DNA of 64,000 nt from contig CAWKDC010000001.1 in NCBI GenBank assembly GCA_963848305.1, positions 160,001-224,000 on the forward strand, in the 5' to 3' direction. The position numbers were made by a program, and so were the translations under genes. The DNA is from an uncultured Gammaproteobacteria bacterium (GTDB lineage Bacteria > Pseudomonadota > Gammaproteobacteria > JABCZS01). Of this stretch, positions 11,448-21,243 are shown piece by piece; the stretch's first letter is position 1, and the number at the start of each line of letters is the position of its first letter. The notes under the pieces were generated by a model. That model worked only from the letters and a program-made list of their open reading frames with translations, had not been told where the DNA came from and searched no databases.

Positions 11448-12281
11448 TCAGATCGAAAGGTTGTTTGCTGTTTTTGGCTTGATAATTTCTAACCCTGGAT
11501 GTTTTAATTGCAGCTGCTCTATCATCGCCAATGCCTCGGCATCCACAGTGCTACCTTCTAAATTTACTTGAATCAAAGCACCGAGTGTCTCTTTCCCGAG
11601 CAATCCTTCCAAAATGGTTTTGATTGGACTAGAAGACAGGGTTATATTATTCAGTGCAAGTACCTCCAGTGTATCGTTGAGCACTAACGATTGCGCAATC
11701 GTCTCCGCGCAAGTGTCACTCATTTCTTTGCTATCGAAGGAAAAGCATGTTAGAGAGGAGTTGGTATCGCTTAACAGCATCGCAAGATGTGATACCATCT
11801 TGGATGTCATTGTGACGATGTCTTTTAACATAAATGTTTTGACATGTGATTGTTGCGTCATCGCATGTAATAATAATTCAATATCGTCTTCTTCCATATA
11901 AAGGGCATTGATGCCAATCAAGACAAGACTCTTTTGATGTATCATCAAATATGCATAGGCAGGATACGCACCTTTTTTGCTACCTGGTAATATTTGTAGA
12001 TTCAAAACAGTACTTTGATCCATGATAATTTGATAGGGGCTCGTGAAGGTCGAGACATTCAGGAATGATGACCATGCTCTGTGTTCATCAGAAGATATTT
12101 CAAACGCCTGTTTATGTTCCATCAACAATTGCGTTGCCAGTAAATAATTATTGTCTTCGATTGCCTTCTGAATATCTGTGCGCAGCCCATCTTCTTTGCT
12201 TTGGCTATGGGTGCTTGAGCGGAGCGCTTGAGGATTGCGTTGCTCGCCTGTTCTGCGGCAGCATTTGAACATCCAAAACAT
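11448..12281 (-). CDS. Hypothetical protein with ribonuclease-inhibitor-like LRRs
   Basis: Repeats such as SSLTCFSFDSKEMSDTCAETIAQSL and NDTLEVLALNNITLSSSPIKTILEGL resemble RI/NLR-type LRRs. Confidence 0.55.
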   Translation of the reverse strand: MFWMFKCCRRTGEQRNPQALRSSTHSQSKEDGLRTDIQKAIEDNNYLLATQLLMEHKQAFEISSDEHRAWSSFLNVSTFTSPYQIIMDQSTVLNLQILPGSKKGAYPAYAYLMIHQKSLVLIGINALYMEEDDIELLLHAMTQQSHVKTFMLKDIVTMTSKMVSHLAMLLSDTNSSLTCFSFDSKEMSDTCAETIAQSLVLNDTLEVLALNNITLSSSPIKTILEGLLGKETLGALIQVNLEGSTVDAEALAMIEQLQLKHPGLEIIKPKTANNLSI

Positions 12282-12372
12282 GGGGTTTCTCCGAAAGGGT
12301 TATTAAATGAACGCCATTGGATTTTAAACGCACCATAAGTCTTTGTCAATAGGCTAAATTAAATTTGTTTAT

Positions 12373-13851
12373 TCACTGGAAACTCTTAACTACTTGTTCT
12401 TGAAAGATTTTCAGTGTCTCAGGTGATAAAGGCGAGGCTGTGAGGGTGTCTTTATGCTGTTTTGCCAGCAGCATCCCAGCTTCAGTGTAATGACCAACGC
12501 AATAGAGGTGGCGATCATACTGGGCTGAAAGCAGTTGCTCGGGTGAGTCGATGCAAGCTTGGAAGTGTTGAACAGCTTTTAAATGCGAATCTTCCCCTGA
12601 TTCTCTGTCCAGTAAGATTGCAATGTCCCTGAATTCATCGAAGCAATGTTTAAGAACCTGAGACAGGGGTTGCATCTTGTTGTCATAGCATATCTCAAGG
12701 CCAGGTTTCCGACCTTCATACGCCACGCGGTGTAAGGTTGTTTGCCATGACTTCAGTTCGTTATTCATGAAAACAGGGCTCGGTTTAATCAAACAATAAA
12801 TAAGATAGACGTCAAGGAATAATAATTGTGCTGTCGATATACCGGTAGGTTCGAATGGATTGATATCAATGGAACGGATTTCAATATATTCGACGCCGCG
12901 TGACGACAATGCCTCGAGTGCTGTCTCGCCAGGCTTCGGCAACCGCTTGGGTCGAATCGGATGATAAAACTCGTTTTCAATCTGTAAAAGATGCGTGTTT
13001 AATTGCGCATCTTCTCCAAATTGTTCAGCCAGTTTTTGATAGGGTGGGTAGGGCGTTGACAATCCTAGTCTCAAATCAGCAATATATTCAGCCAAACTGT
13101 CAAACCGAATTGAGAGATGATCTGTTTGTGTTTGCGCGTAATACCCTAATGGCGTTAGTCGTAGTGAGCAAGCGTTGGGCGCAATAAAAGTGGAATCATC
13201 AAATGGTTTTAAATAGGAAGCTGTTTTATCTTGGAGCAATGTTTTATCGATGGCACTTGACGCGCCAAACAAATATGCCAAAATCCAAACATGCCGCATG
13301 TGCTGGCGGATCATGTGAAAGTACTGTGTATCAATGCAGGCTTGTATTGAGTCGTGTGCGGGGTCAATATGTTGGTACCATGTTTCCCAAAATGTTTGGG
13401 GCAATGAAAAATTAAAATGCAGCCCAGCAATCGTTTGCATCGCTTTGCCGTAACGCAACCCAAGCCCTCGTCGATAGCGCATTTTTTGCTGTGCTGCTGT
13501 ACTTGTGCCATAATTTGCAATGGGGATTTCTCCGATGAGCGGGCATGGAAGACTTTGTGGCCAAATCCATTCGTCTTTCAATTGTTCTTCAACAAACTGA
13601 TGCGTGTTTCTCATGCCTTTGAGTAAACCGCTCACGCTTGTGCATGGAGGTGTGATAAGCTCGATAAGATTTTCGCTATAATCAGTGGTAATGTATGGGT
13701 GGGTGAGTTTTGAGCCCAGCGATGCTGGATGAGGTGTTTGAGCAGGTAGCCCTTGGGCAGTGACTCGCAGGCCCTCGCGCTCGATGCCCCGTCGAATACC
13801 GGCAAATAAGGGTGTTGGAAGTTTGTTGAGTCGATCGATAAGGTATTGCAT
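12373..13851 (-). CDS. gshA: Glutamate-cysteine ligase
   Basis: RGIEREGLR, THPYITTDYSE, LQIENEFY..IRPK, RGVEYIEIRSIDINPF. Confidence 0.95.
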   Translation of the reverse strand: MQYLIDRLNKLPTPLFAGIRRGIEREGLRVTAQGLPAQTPHPASLGSKLTHPYITTDYSENLIELITPPCTSVSGLLKGMRNTHQFVEEQLKDEWIWPQSLPCPLIGEIPIANYGTSTAAQQKMRYRRGLGLRYGKAMQTIAGLHFNFSLPQTFWETWYQHIDPAHDSIQACIDTQYFHMIRQHMRHVWILAYLFGASSAIDKTLLQDKTASYLKPFDDSTFIAPNACSLRLTPLGYYAQTQTDHLSIRFDSLAEYIADLRLGLSTPYPPYQKLAEQFGEDAQLNTHLLQIENEFYHPIRPKRLPKPGETALEALSSRGVEYIEIRSIDINPFEPTGISTAQLLFLDVYLIYCLIKPSPVFMNNELKSWQTTLHRVAYEGRKPGLEICYDNKMQPLSQVLKHCFDEFRDIAILLDRESGEDSHLKAVQHFQACIDSPEQLLSAQYDRHLYCVGHYTEAGMLLAKQHKDTLTASPLSPETLKIFQEQVVKSFQ

Positions 13852-13881
13852 AGGGATAATTATACACTAAGGGGTGAATAG

Positions 13882-15078
13882 GTGAACATATTCGTGAAGC
13901 TACATAAGGTTTTTAATGTCCTCATCATCTGTGGCATCGTTGGGTTGATTTTCGTCGCATTATTTTTATTCTTGTACAGGGAAGCTCCCCCCTTGGAGAA
14001 GAATCACTCATTCAGTATGTTGCAAGAAGATTTTTTGAATGCCGTCCGTTCCTACGATATTAAATCTGCTAAACGTTTGTACGGTTATTTGCAAGAAAAA
14101 AATCCCTACTCGCCTTTTGTGGAGGTTGCAGCCCCTGCCTATTTAGCAGACATTTATATCCATTATGCTGAACAAATGGCCTTCAATCCTGAGGCTTCTG
14201 CCTCATTTTTGGCTGAGGCAAAGCGGCTTGCTCCCGATCACCCTTTATTAGCCGAATGTGAACACTGTGATACCGCGACTGAGGGGGGCGCTTCACCTGT
14301 GCCAGCAGTAGAGGATGCCATCGAATTATCTTCACAAGTTGAGCAGGTCGAAAAGGTTGCTTCTGCAGAAATTGAGGCCTATCTTGATGAGCTTGATGCA
14401 TTGGAGCAAACCCTTGCCTCACTCGAAGCAGCGCGTGTGGGTGAAGCCGCGGTGATCGAACCGCCTGCGCCTGGGGTAGAAGCATTGAAGCCTTTGGCTG
14501 AAGCCTCTTCCTTGGCTACAGCGCCTACCGACGATGCATGTCTTCTTTCGTTTTTGACACGAAGTAGTCCTGTGAGCACATGCACAGATGTGTTGTCTTC
14601 AAATCAATATGGTCCATCATTGTTTGTGGTGGGGCATGAAGATCGCTCACCGCTTGCGTTTACGCAGCAGCCTATCACGCGTGATGCATTCAACGCATTG
14701 TGTCATGAATCCGAAGGATGTAAACCTGAGCAGAAAACTACTGGCGTGAGTGGTTTGAGCCTTGATTTAACAGACGTAGAGGCCACGGTGAATCAATACA
14801 ATGCATTCTGCGAAATGTCGCAATCCTGCGATACCTTGATACCTGCTTCGGCGCGCACATTGTTGAGTCCAGAAAAGTTGCCTGACTATGCAAAATTGCT
14901 GTCCAAGCAAACGGGCTATCTATACCGCCAAATGACTCAAGAGGATGTGGATACCATCATCGCTTATTTCGATGATTGCACACAGAAAGAAGTGTGCGAC
15001 GAATCAATGACGCAAGATCTGGCACGGTTTTTGAAAAATCAACGTAAAGTACTGCTGGTGCGACAGACGGCGCATTGA
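13882..15078 (+). CDS. Membrane-anchored hypothetical protein with a degenerate FGE-sulfatase (SUMF1)-like C-terminal region
   Basis: N-terminal TM; YAKLLSKQTGYLYRQMT resembles the SUMF1-domain motif YAxWLSxxTGxxYRLPT; Cys-rich. Confidence 0.5.
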   Translation: MNIFVKLHKVFNVLIICGIVGLIFVALFLFLYREAPPLEKNHSFSMLQEDFLNAVRSYDIKSAKRLYGYLQEKNPYSPFVEVAAPAYLADIYIHYAEQMAFNPEASASFLAEAKRLAPDHPLLAECEHCDTATEGGASPVPAVEDAIELSSQVEQVEKVASAEIEAYLDELDALEQTLASLEAARVGEAAVIEPPAPGVEALKPLAEASSLATAPTDDACLLSFLTRSSPVSTCTDVLSSNQYGPSLFVVGHEDRSPLAFTQQPITRDAFNALCHESEGCKPEQKTTGVSGLSLDLTDVEATVNQYNAFCEMSQSCDTLIPASARTLLSPEKLPDYAKLLSKQTGYLYRQMTQEDVDTIIAYFDDCTQKEVCDESMTQDLARFLKNQRKVLLVRQTAH

Positions 15079-15091
15079 GTCGTTTTATCGT

Positions 15092-15271
15092 TTAAGCTGA
15101 GATGGCCATCTGCCCTTCCTTGAAGAAGCATTCCCACCAACCTTCCTGCCAATAATGTGCAGCCACAGAATGCTTCGGATAGGGGTTATTTTCCTCATCG
15201 TATCCTGACAAGCTTGATCTGAAGCCTTGCAACCAACATAGTTCTAGAGATGTTATGTATTCGTCCTGCAT
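15092..15271 (-). CDS. Small RMF/LetE-like protein
   Basis: GGGAGAGGA RBS; MQDEYITSLELCWLQGF...NPYP.....W.EGWW pattern shared with ribosome modulation factor and Legionella LetE-type proteins. Confidence 0.55.
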   Translation of the reverse strand: MQDEYITSLELCWLQGFRSSLSGYDEENNPYPKHSVAAHYWQEGWWECFFKEGQMAISA

Positions 15272-15446
15272 GTTCCTCTCCCAAAACACTGTGCCTGAGA
15301 ATTCAGTAGTGTTCATTTTCAAATGTAGCACAACATATAGACTTGTCTAGTTTTTATAGTAATAAAAAAAGTGGATTAGTCTTTGCGGAAAAGAGAATTC
15401 TCGGGTACAATTTACAAGGTCTTTTTTCAAACTTAAGGGGAAAAAT

Positions 15447-15620
15447 ATGAAAGTAACTCAACTTATCGGTGCGGTTTGTTCCGTCGTATTAGCGGCTTTA
15501 TTGCTTGTTGGCTGCGAAAGCAAGGGCATGAACAAATCTGATGACTACCATGATAATGACATGCAACGCACTGACGCGCCTGCGCGTGGTGCAGACCATG
15601 GTCATTACAAGGACAAATAA
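15447..15620 (+). CDS. Small lipoprotein (57 aa), missed by the ORF track
   Basis: AAGGGG RBS; MKVTQLIGAVCSVVLAALLLVG-CESKGMNKSDDYHDNDMQRTDAPARGADHGHYKDK*; lipobox LVGC. Confidence 0.8.
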   Translation: MKVTQLIGAVCSVVLAALLLVGCESKGMNKSDDYHDNDMQRTDAPARGADHGHYKDK

Positions 15621-15627
15621 CCTGTCA

Positions 15628-15763
15628 GGAGATAACATGCGCAGCATGTTATCTCCGCATCCCGGAAGGAACGCGTTTACGCGTTTCTATCCGGCACCTA
15701 CATGCGCAGCATGTTATCTTCGCATCCCGGAAGAAACGCGTTTATGCGTTTCTCTCTGGGACT
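15628..15763. repeat. Tandem ~65-bp palindromic REP-like repeat (2 copies) plus leading hairpin
   Basis: ACATGCGCAGCATGTTATCTYCGCATCCCGGAAGRAACGCGTTTAYGCGTTTCT occurs twice; GGAGATAACATGC-gca-GCATGTTATCTCC hairpin at 15628-15656. Confidence 0.8.
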
Positions 15764-16781
15764 ATTGATCACTATCCGAATTCTCTGCCGCTTGAGCCAC
15801 AGGCGCAGTTTCTTTTACCATGTCAGGCTCAGGGCTAGAAACAACCGCTTCGTTACCCATATTATTTGCTTTTGCGCCAATACCCCCTACCGCAGTCGGT
15901 ATGCCATTAGGATACTTGCTCATTTGCTTCACATTGGCCCAATCAACATTGAAAGGGTTTGTGGGGCCATTTTTATCAATCATGTTCATCAACTCTTTCA
16001 CGAGGTCAGTCTTGCCTTCTTCGTACTCAGCCAAAGGTTGGTGCATTTCTACATAAAACGTTCCATCAACCCAGGCATATTTGACGGGGGCATGGATAAT
16101 ATGTACGGGCGTGTTGATCGCGACGTGGTTGAAGAGGTACTCAATGTCATTGGGATACATCCGCATGCAACCGTGGGTCAGGCGGCGACCAATGCCTGAA
16201 CTATGATTGGTTCCGTGGATCAAGTAGCCGGGGATGCTCAGCGTCAGCTTATAGTCGCCTAAAGGATTGTCTGGGCCTGGGGGAACCACGCGGTCAAGAG
16301 AGTCTCCGCGCTCTTCATGCTCTTCCATGATGCTGTCAGGGACATACCAGGAAGGATGCTTGGTTTTACCAATCACCTTGCCGTCGACGATAGGTGTGGG
16401 CGTGAGCTCACTGCCAATCCCGATAGGTGAGGTGGTGACTGTTTTACCATCTGGGGAGAAATAGTAGAGGCGCAGTTCTGCGAGGTTGACAGTAATCCCA
16501 TCATGCGGACCAGGGGGTAAAATGAACTGGCGAGGGATCACTAACTCGGTACCTTCTTTGGGTTCCCATGGGTCAATATGAGGATTGGCATCCACAATCG
16601 CGTAGTACCCAATGTCGTAGCGTTGGGCAATGTCAGAAAAAGTTTCTTTATATTCAACTTTGGCGGTCAGGTTCTCGCCGACCATTTTAGTTTCTGGGGT
16701 GATATTGAAGGTGGTTGTCGCTTGCGACATGATTGAGCAGGCAAGTCCGAGAGAGAGGAGTAATAATGTTTTCCAGCGCAT
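15762..16781 (-). CDS. L,D-transpeptidase (ErfK/YbiS/EnhA family) with LysM-like N-terminal domain
   Basis: Signal peptide; VNLAELRLYYF, PPGPDNPLG, YLIHGTN, THGCMRM. Confidence 0.9.
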   Translation of the reverse strand: MRWKTLLLLSLGLACSIMSQATTTFNITPETKMVGENLTAKVEYKETFSDIAQRYDIGYYAIVDANPHIDPWEPKEGTELVIPRQFILPPGPHDGITVNLAELRLYYFSPDGKTVTTSPIGIGSELTPTPIVDGKVIGKTKHPSWYVPDSIMEEHEERGDSLDRVVPPGPDNPLGDYKLTLSIPGYLIHGTNHSSGIGRRLTHGCMRMYPNDIEYLFNHVAINTPVHIIHAPVKYAWVDGTFYVEMHQPLAEYEEGKTDLVKELMNMIDKNGPTNPFNVDWANVKQMSKYPNGIPTAVGGIGAKANNMGNEAVVSSPEPDMVKETAPVAQAAENSDSDQ

Positions 16782-16922
16782 GATTCACCTTATGATCAGA
16801 ATATTCAATACAGATGAGTATAGCATCGTCTGGAAGGTAAGAAACTTAAGGCGGGGGATGGGGATGGGTTGCTGATCCCCCGCTTTCGCGGGGGTAAACT
16901 TTTATTGAGTGGGAACCCACTA

Positions 16923-17603
16923 TTATTCCCTATTAGAAAACGCACCCAGCAATTGCAGTAAGTTCACGAAAATATTGAACAAACTGACGTATAAGCTGAC
17001 TGTCGCCATGATGTAATTGGTTTCGCCCCCATTGATGATTGCGCTGGTTTGCCACAAAATCACCCCAGAAGACAGCACAATAAACATGGCGCTGACGGCC
17101 AGTTGTAATGCAGTCAGGTGGAAGAACATGGCGCCAATCCCCAGCACAAATGCCACGATGAGGCCAATCGAGAGGCCTTTCGCCATGGGGGTGAAGTCAC
17201 GTTTTGACGTGAGCGCGTAACCTGATAAAGCAAGGAAAATCAAACCGGTGCCACCGAAAGCCGTGGCAATGATTTGCCCCCCATTGGGTAATCCATGCAG
17301 GATTGCGCTGAGCATAGGCCCCAATGTGTATCCCAAGAAGCCTGTTAAAGCAAACACGGAAGCAATACCCCAAATGCTATTGCGGGTATAGTTCACCAGG
17401 AATAAAAGACCAATGTATATAGCCAGGAGCGGGAAGAAACCCATCGGTGGCGCTGCCATTGCCATAGAGGCCATGGCGCAAATAGCGCTGAAAATCAACG
17501 TTAAAGAGAGTAAAAAGTACGTGTTGCGTAGCACACGGTGTGTTGCGAGTGCTGATAAGCTCGCGCCTGAGAGTGTTGTTCTGTCCGAAGGGTAACCTTG
17601 CAT
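16923..17603 (-). CDS. yccA: Bax inhibitor-1/YccA family membrane protein
   Basis: VLRNTYFLLSLTL and GGETNYIMATVSLYVSLFNIFVNLL; start MQGYPS at 17603; adjacent to tRNA-Ser. Confidence 0.92.
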   Translation of the reverse strand: MQGYPSDRTTLSGASLSALATHRVLRNTYFLLSLTLIFSAICAMASMAMAAPPMGFFPLLAIYIGLLFLVNYTRNSIWGIASVFALTGFLGYTLGPMLSAILHGLPNGGQIIATAFGGTGLIFLALSGYALTSKRDFTPMAKGLSIGLIVAFVLGIGAMFFHLTALQLAVSAMFIVLSSGVILWQTSAIINGGETNYIMATVSLYVSLFNIFVNLLQLLGAFSNRE

Positions 17604-17731
17604 ATAATCTCCTGTTGAAAAGGTGGCTTGTACGACCACGTATCTCGAGTTTAACACAGATTTTTTTAAAAAATAATCGCGTGGGGGTATCAAAATGTAA
17701 CAAAGTTTGTCAGAATAGCGGAAGCAGTTAT

Positions 17732-17819
17732 GGAGAGATGGCAGAGCGGTCGAATGCGGCGGTCTTGAAAACCGTTGAAGGGCAACCTTCCCTGGGTTCG
17801 AATCCCAGTCTCTCCGCCA
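17732..17819 (+). tRNA. tRNA-Ser(TGA)
   Basis: GGAGAGATGGCAGAGCGG...CTTGAAA anticodon loop, long variable arm, GGTTCGAATCC, CCA end. Confidence 0.96.
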
Positions 17820-17861
17820 CAGTAATAAATGACTGAAACTTGTGACAATGAGGAGCGCTCC

Positions 17862-18530
17862 TTGATTAACCTCATGTTGGTAGATGACCACGACCTTGTC
17901 AGAATCGGCATTACGCGATTATTATCAGACGTAAAAGGTATTACTGTCGTCGGAGAAGCCCGTAGTGGCGAAGACGCCATCAAATTAGCCAAAACACTTG
18001 AGCCTGACGTGATCCTCATGGACGTTAAAATGCCTGGTATTGGCGGACTCGAAGCAACCCGTCGAATATTGCAAATGTTACGGGACACTAAAATCATTGC
18101 GGTCACCGTCTACGGTGAGGAACCATATCCGTCCCGATTTCTAGAAGCCGGCGCATCAGGTTACATTACCAAAGGCTCTAGCTTAGACGAAATGGTCAAA
18201 GCCATACGTACAGTTTACAATGGCCAGCGCTATCTGTCCCCGGAAGTGGCACAAGTGCTTGCTCTCAAACATTTCGGCGATGAGGACAGTTCTCCATTCG
18301 ATCTACTTTCTACGCGCGAGTTGCAAGTCATGATGATGATCACCACCGGTCAGAAGGTGCAAGACATTTCGGACAGCCTTTGCTTAAGCGCCAAGACCGT
18401 GAACAGTTATCGTTACCGTTTATTTAAAAAGCTGAAGGTCAACAACGATGTTGAATTGACACACCTTGCCATTCGTCACGGTCTTATCGAGACAACTGGT
18501 ACCGAGGAAGACATCCCCACAGAAGATTAA
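17862..18530 (+). CDS. uvrY: UvrY/GacA/LetA family response regulator
   Basis: TTG start after GAGGAG RBS gives (M)INLMLVDDHDLVR; MDVKMPGIGGLEAT; LuxR HTH KTVNSYRYR; upstream of uvrC. Confidence 0.92.
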   Translation: MINLMLVDDHDLVRIGITRLLSDVKGITVVGEARSGEDAIKLAKTLEPDVILMDVKMPGIGGLEATRRILQMLRDTKIIAVTVYGEEPYPSRFLEAGASGYITKGSSLDEMVKAIRTVYNGQRYLSPEVAQVLALKHFGDEDSSPFDLLSTRELQVMMMITTGQKVQDISDSLCLSAKTVNSYRYRLFKKLKVNNDVELTHLAIRHGLIETTGTEEDIPTED

Positions 18531-18534
18531 TCCA

Positions 18535-20399
18535 ATGTCCAAGAAGCAGAGTGAGCAAACGCGAACAGGGGATTTTATCACAGCGCGAAGCAGCTATGTC
18601 GTACAATTTTTGTCGCAAACACCCCATTCCCCGGGCGTGTATCGCATGTATGATCAAAACGATACGCTGCTCTATATTGGAAAGGCCAAAGATTTACATA
18701 AGCGTATCCAATCATACTTTTCTCGCGCACTGGATGCGAAAACGCTCGCATTGGTTCAGCAGATTGTTCGCATGGAATATACCTTAGTGCCCACGGAAGT
18801 CGATGCGCTCGTTCTCGAACACAGTCTGATTAAAACACATAAGCCTCACTATAATATTCTGCTGAAAGATGATAAATCTTATCCATTCTTGATGATCAGC
18901 AAGGGTGAGCCTTATCCGCGCATGGATATATACAGAGGGTCGCGTCACGAATCGGCGTACTATTTTGGCCCCTATCCCAGTGCCCATGCAGCAAGACAAA
19001 GTTTGCATCTGATGCAAAAGATTTTCAATATCCGTCCTTGTGAAAATACTTTTTTCAAAAACAGATCGCGGCCGTGCTTGCAATATCAAATCAAACGGTG
19101 CAAAGCGCCTTGTGTTGGTTATATTTCGCCTGAGGATTATGCAACAGATGTCGAGCATGCCATTTCCTTTTTGGAAGGCAAAACACATGAGGTGATTGAT
19201 CAGCTCGTCGCCCGCATGGATGAAGCGTCCGCTCAAAAAATGTATGAAAAAGCCGCTGTTTTTCGTGATCAGGTTCGTGCACTCCAATTGCTTGTTCAGC
19301 AGCAACAAATGACACATGGTCACAATTCATTGGATGTGTGCGTGATTGTGTCTGGAACGATGCATGCAGTGATCACGCAACTGTTCGTGCGAAATGGCGA
19401 AGTTGTGGGCCATAAAAATACAGTATTTAAAAATCCTCTGCAAACGGATGCTGAATTACTCGGTTCATTTATGGGGCAGTATTGTTTGTCTCAAGATTCT
19501 CTACAGATGCCTCGCGAATGGGTCATGAACATCTTGCCAGAAGAAGACGATTTATTGATTTCGGCTATTAAACAAAAAACGGGTAAACCATTCAAGATTA
19601 TTTCTCGTCCACAACAGGAGAAAAAAGTTTGGATGGGCATCGCATTGAAAAATGCACGCGATACTTTGATGATGGTTGAAGGGCAGGCAGCTCTCGCGGC
19701 AGTCACATTGCAACAATTAGAATCTTGGTTGTCGACCAGCGAAGTGGAAAGAATCGAATGTTTTGACGTGGCCCATTTGCAAGGAGAGCAAACGGTTGCG
19801 TCGTGTGTTGTGTTCGATGCGAACGGCCTGTGTCATCTGAATATCGACGCTTCAATATCACTGGCATCACACCAGGAGATGATTATGCAGCACTTGCACA
19901 AGCACTGACGCGTCATTACAGCAAACGTAAGATGGCCATGGCGCCGTTACCTGACGTGATCATCATTGATGGCGGAAAGGGGCAGTTATCGCGCGCATGC
20001 GATGTGCTCGCAGAACTGCAACTTCAAGATATCGCGATATTTTCTGTGTCAAAAGGCCCTGATCGGAAACCGGGTGAAGAACAAATCTGGCGCCCTGGTC
20101 ATGAGCCTGAACGTTTTCCTGAAGACTCGGCTTTGCTTCATTTCATTCAGCGTATTCGTGATGAAGCGCATCGATTTGCGATCACAGGACATCGTCGTGC
20201 CCGTGCGCGCAAAATGAAAACATCCACCTTAGAAGACATTCCAGGGATAGGGGCCAAGCGGCGTCAGGCTTTGTTGAAACATTTTGGTGGCTTACAAGGA
20301 TTAAAAGCGGCGCGAATAGAGGCGATTGCCAAAGTCCCCTTGATTAGTTTAAGCTTAGCGAAGACAATTTTTGAGTATTTACATGGAACCCAGGAGTAA
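18535..20399 (+). CDS. uvrC: Excinuclease ABC subunit C, frameshifted near 19827
   Basis: GIY-YIG (PGVYRM..YIGKAK), RIECFD, then in a second frame YRRFNI, IDGGKGQ, RIRDEAHRFA and HhH IPGIGAKRR. Confidence 0.92.
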
Positions 20400-20402
20400 T
20401 GA

Positions 20403-20957
20403 ATGATGATGACAATCCCCAATATGCTGAGTTTATTTCGCTTGGCTTTGCTCCCCGTGTTGTTTCTGGTTTTTTATGCTGACTTTGAATACCACTATAC
20501 ATCCTGCATGTTGGTCATCCTCCTGATCGGCGTATCCGATTTTTTGGATGGTTATTTGGCGCGCCGACTCAATCAAACCTCTCGCTTTGGAGCGTTCATT
20601 GATCCGGTGGCCGATAAAATTGCAGTAGCGATGGCCTACATTCTGGTCGTAGAGATGTATGAAAGTCTGTGGATCACGTTGGCGGCCATCATTATTATTG
20701 GACGTGAGATCAGCATTTCCGCGTTACGCGAGTGGATGGGCACTGAAGGTAAGGGAGTGGTGATCCCTGTCTCTCAATTGGGCAAATGGAAAACCACACT
20801 TCAGATGTGGAGTGTAGGCGGGTTGTTCTGGGTTCCTGATATGAACTATTTCCCTTTCACTGTCTTCATCTATCTATGTTTGCTGATAGCGACGGGTCTG
20901 ACCATCATCTCGATGATTGATTATTTCACTGCAGTTTGGAAGAATTTAACCACCTAG
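20403..20957 (+). CDS. pgsA: CDP-diacylglycerol-glycerol-3-phosphate 3-phosphatidyltransferase
   Basis: IPNMLS..R and DFLDGYLAR...FGAFIDPVADK; uvrC-pgsA-tRNA synteny. Confidence 0.93.
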   Translation: MMMTIPNMLSLFRLALLPVLFLVFYADFEYHYTSCMLVILLIGVSDFLDGYLARRLNQTSRFGAFIDPVADKIAVAMAYILVVEMYESLWITLAAIIIIGREISISALREWMGTEGKGVVIPVSQLGKWKTTLQMWSVGGLFWVPDMNYFPFTVFIYLCLLIATGLTIISMIDYFTAVWKNLTT

Positions 20958-21000
20958 TGGATGACCTTGAAAAAATGTTCAAAAAATTCACCTTACCCCA

Positions 21001-21029
21001 TTGACAGAAGATCTTGTTTTACGTAATAT
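21001..21029 (+). promoter_or_regulatory. Sigma70 promoter of the tRNA-Gly/Cys/Leu operon
   Basis: TTGACA-N17-TAATAT, 12 bp upstream of tRNA-Gly. Confidence 0.8.
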
Positions 21030-21041
21030 TCCGCATGTCAA

Positions 21042-21117
<76 letters not shown>

Positions 21118-21134
21118 CTTTGGTTTCTAGCTAA

Positions 21135-21205
21135 GGCTGGGTGGCAGAGTGGTCATGCAGCGGCCTGCAAAGCCGTGTACGCCGGTTCGATTCCGACCTC
21201 AGCCT
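21135..21205 (+). tRNA. tRNA-Cys(GCA), CCA not encoded
   Basis: GGCTGGGTGGCAGAGTGG...CTGCAAA...GGTTCGATTCC...CAGCCT followed by TAT. Confidence 0.93.
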
Positions 21206-21243
21206 TATCTAGAGACTAAAGACACAATCCACAATTTGAAATC

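Noticed and set aside
16875-16896. CCCCCGC-TTTC-GCGGGGG hairpin as a mobile repeat
   Set aside because: Single copy in the window; adequately explained as a terminator-like stem downstream of yccA.
17604-17891. N-terminal extension of yccA (ORF 16923..17891)
   Set aside because: The extension is the antisense of tRNA-Ser; homology and RBS support a start at 17603.
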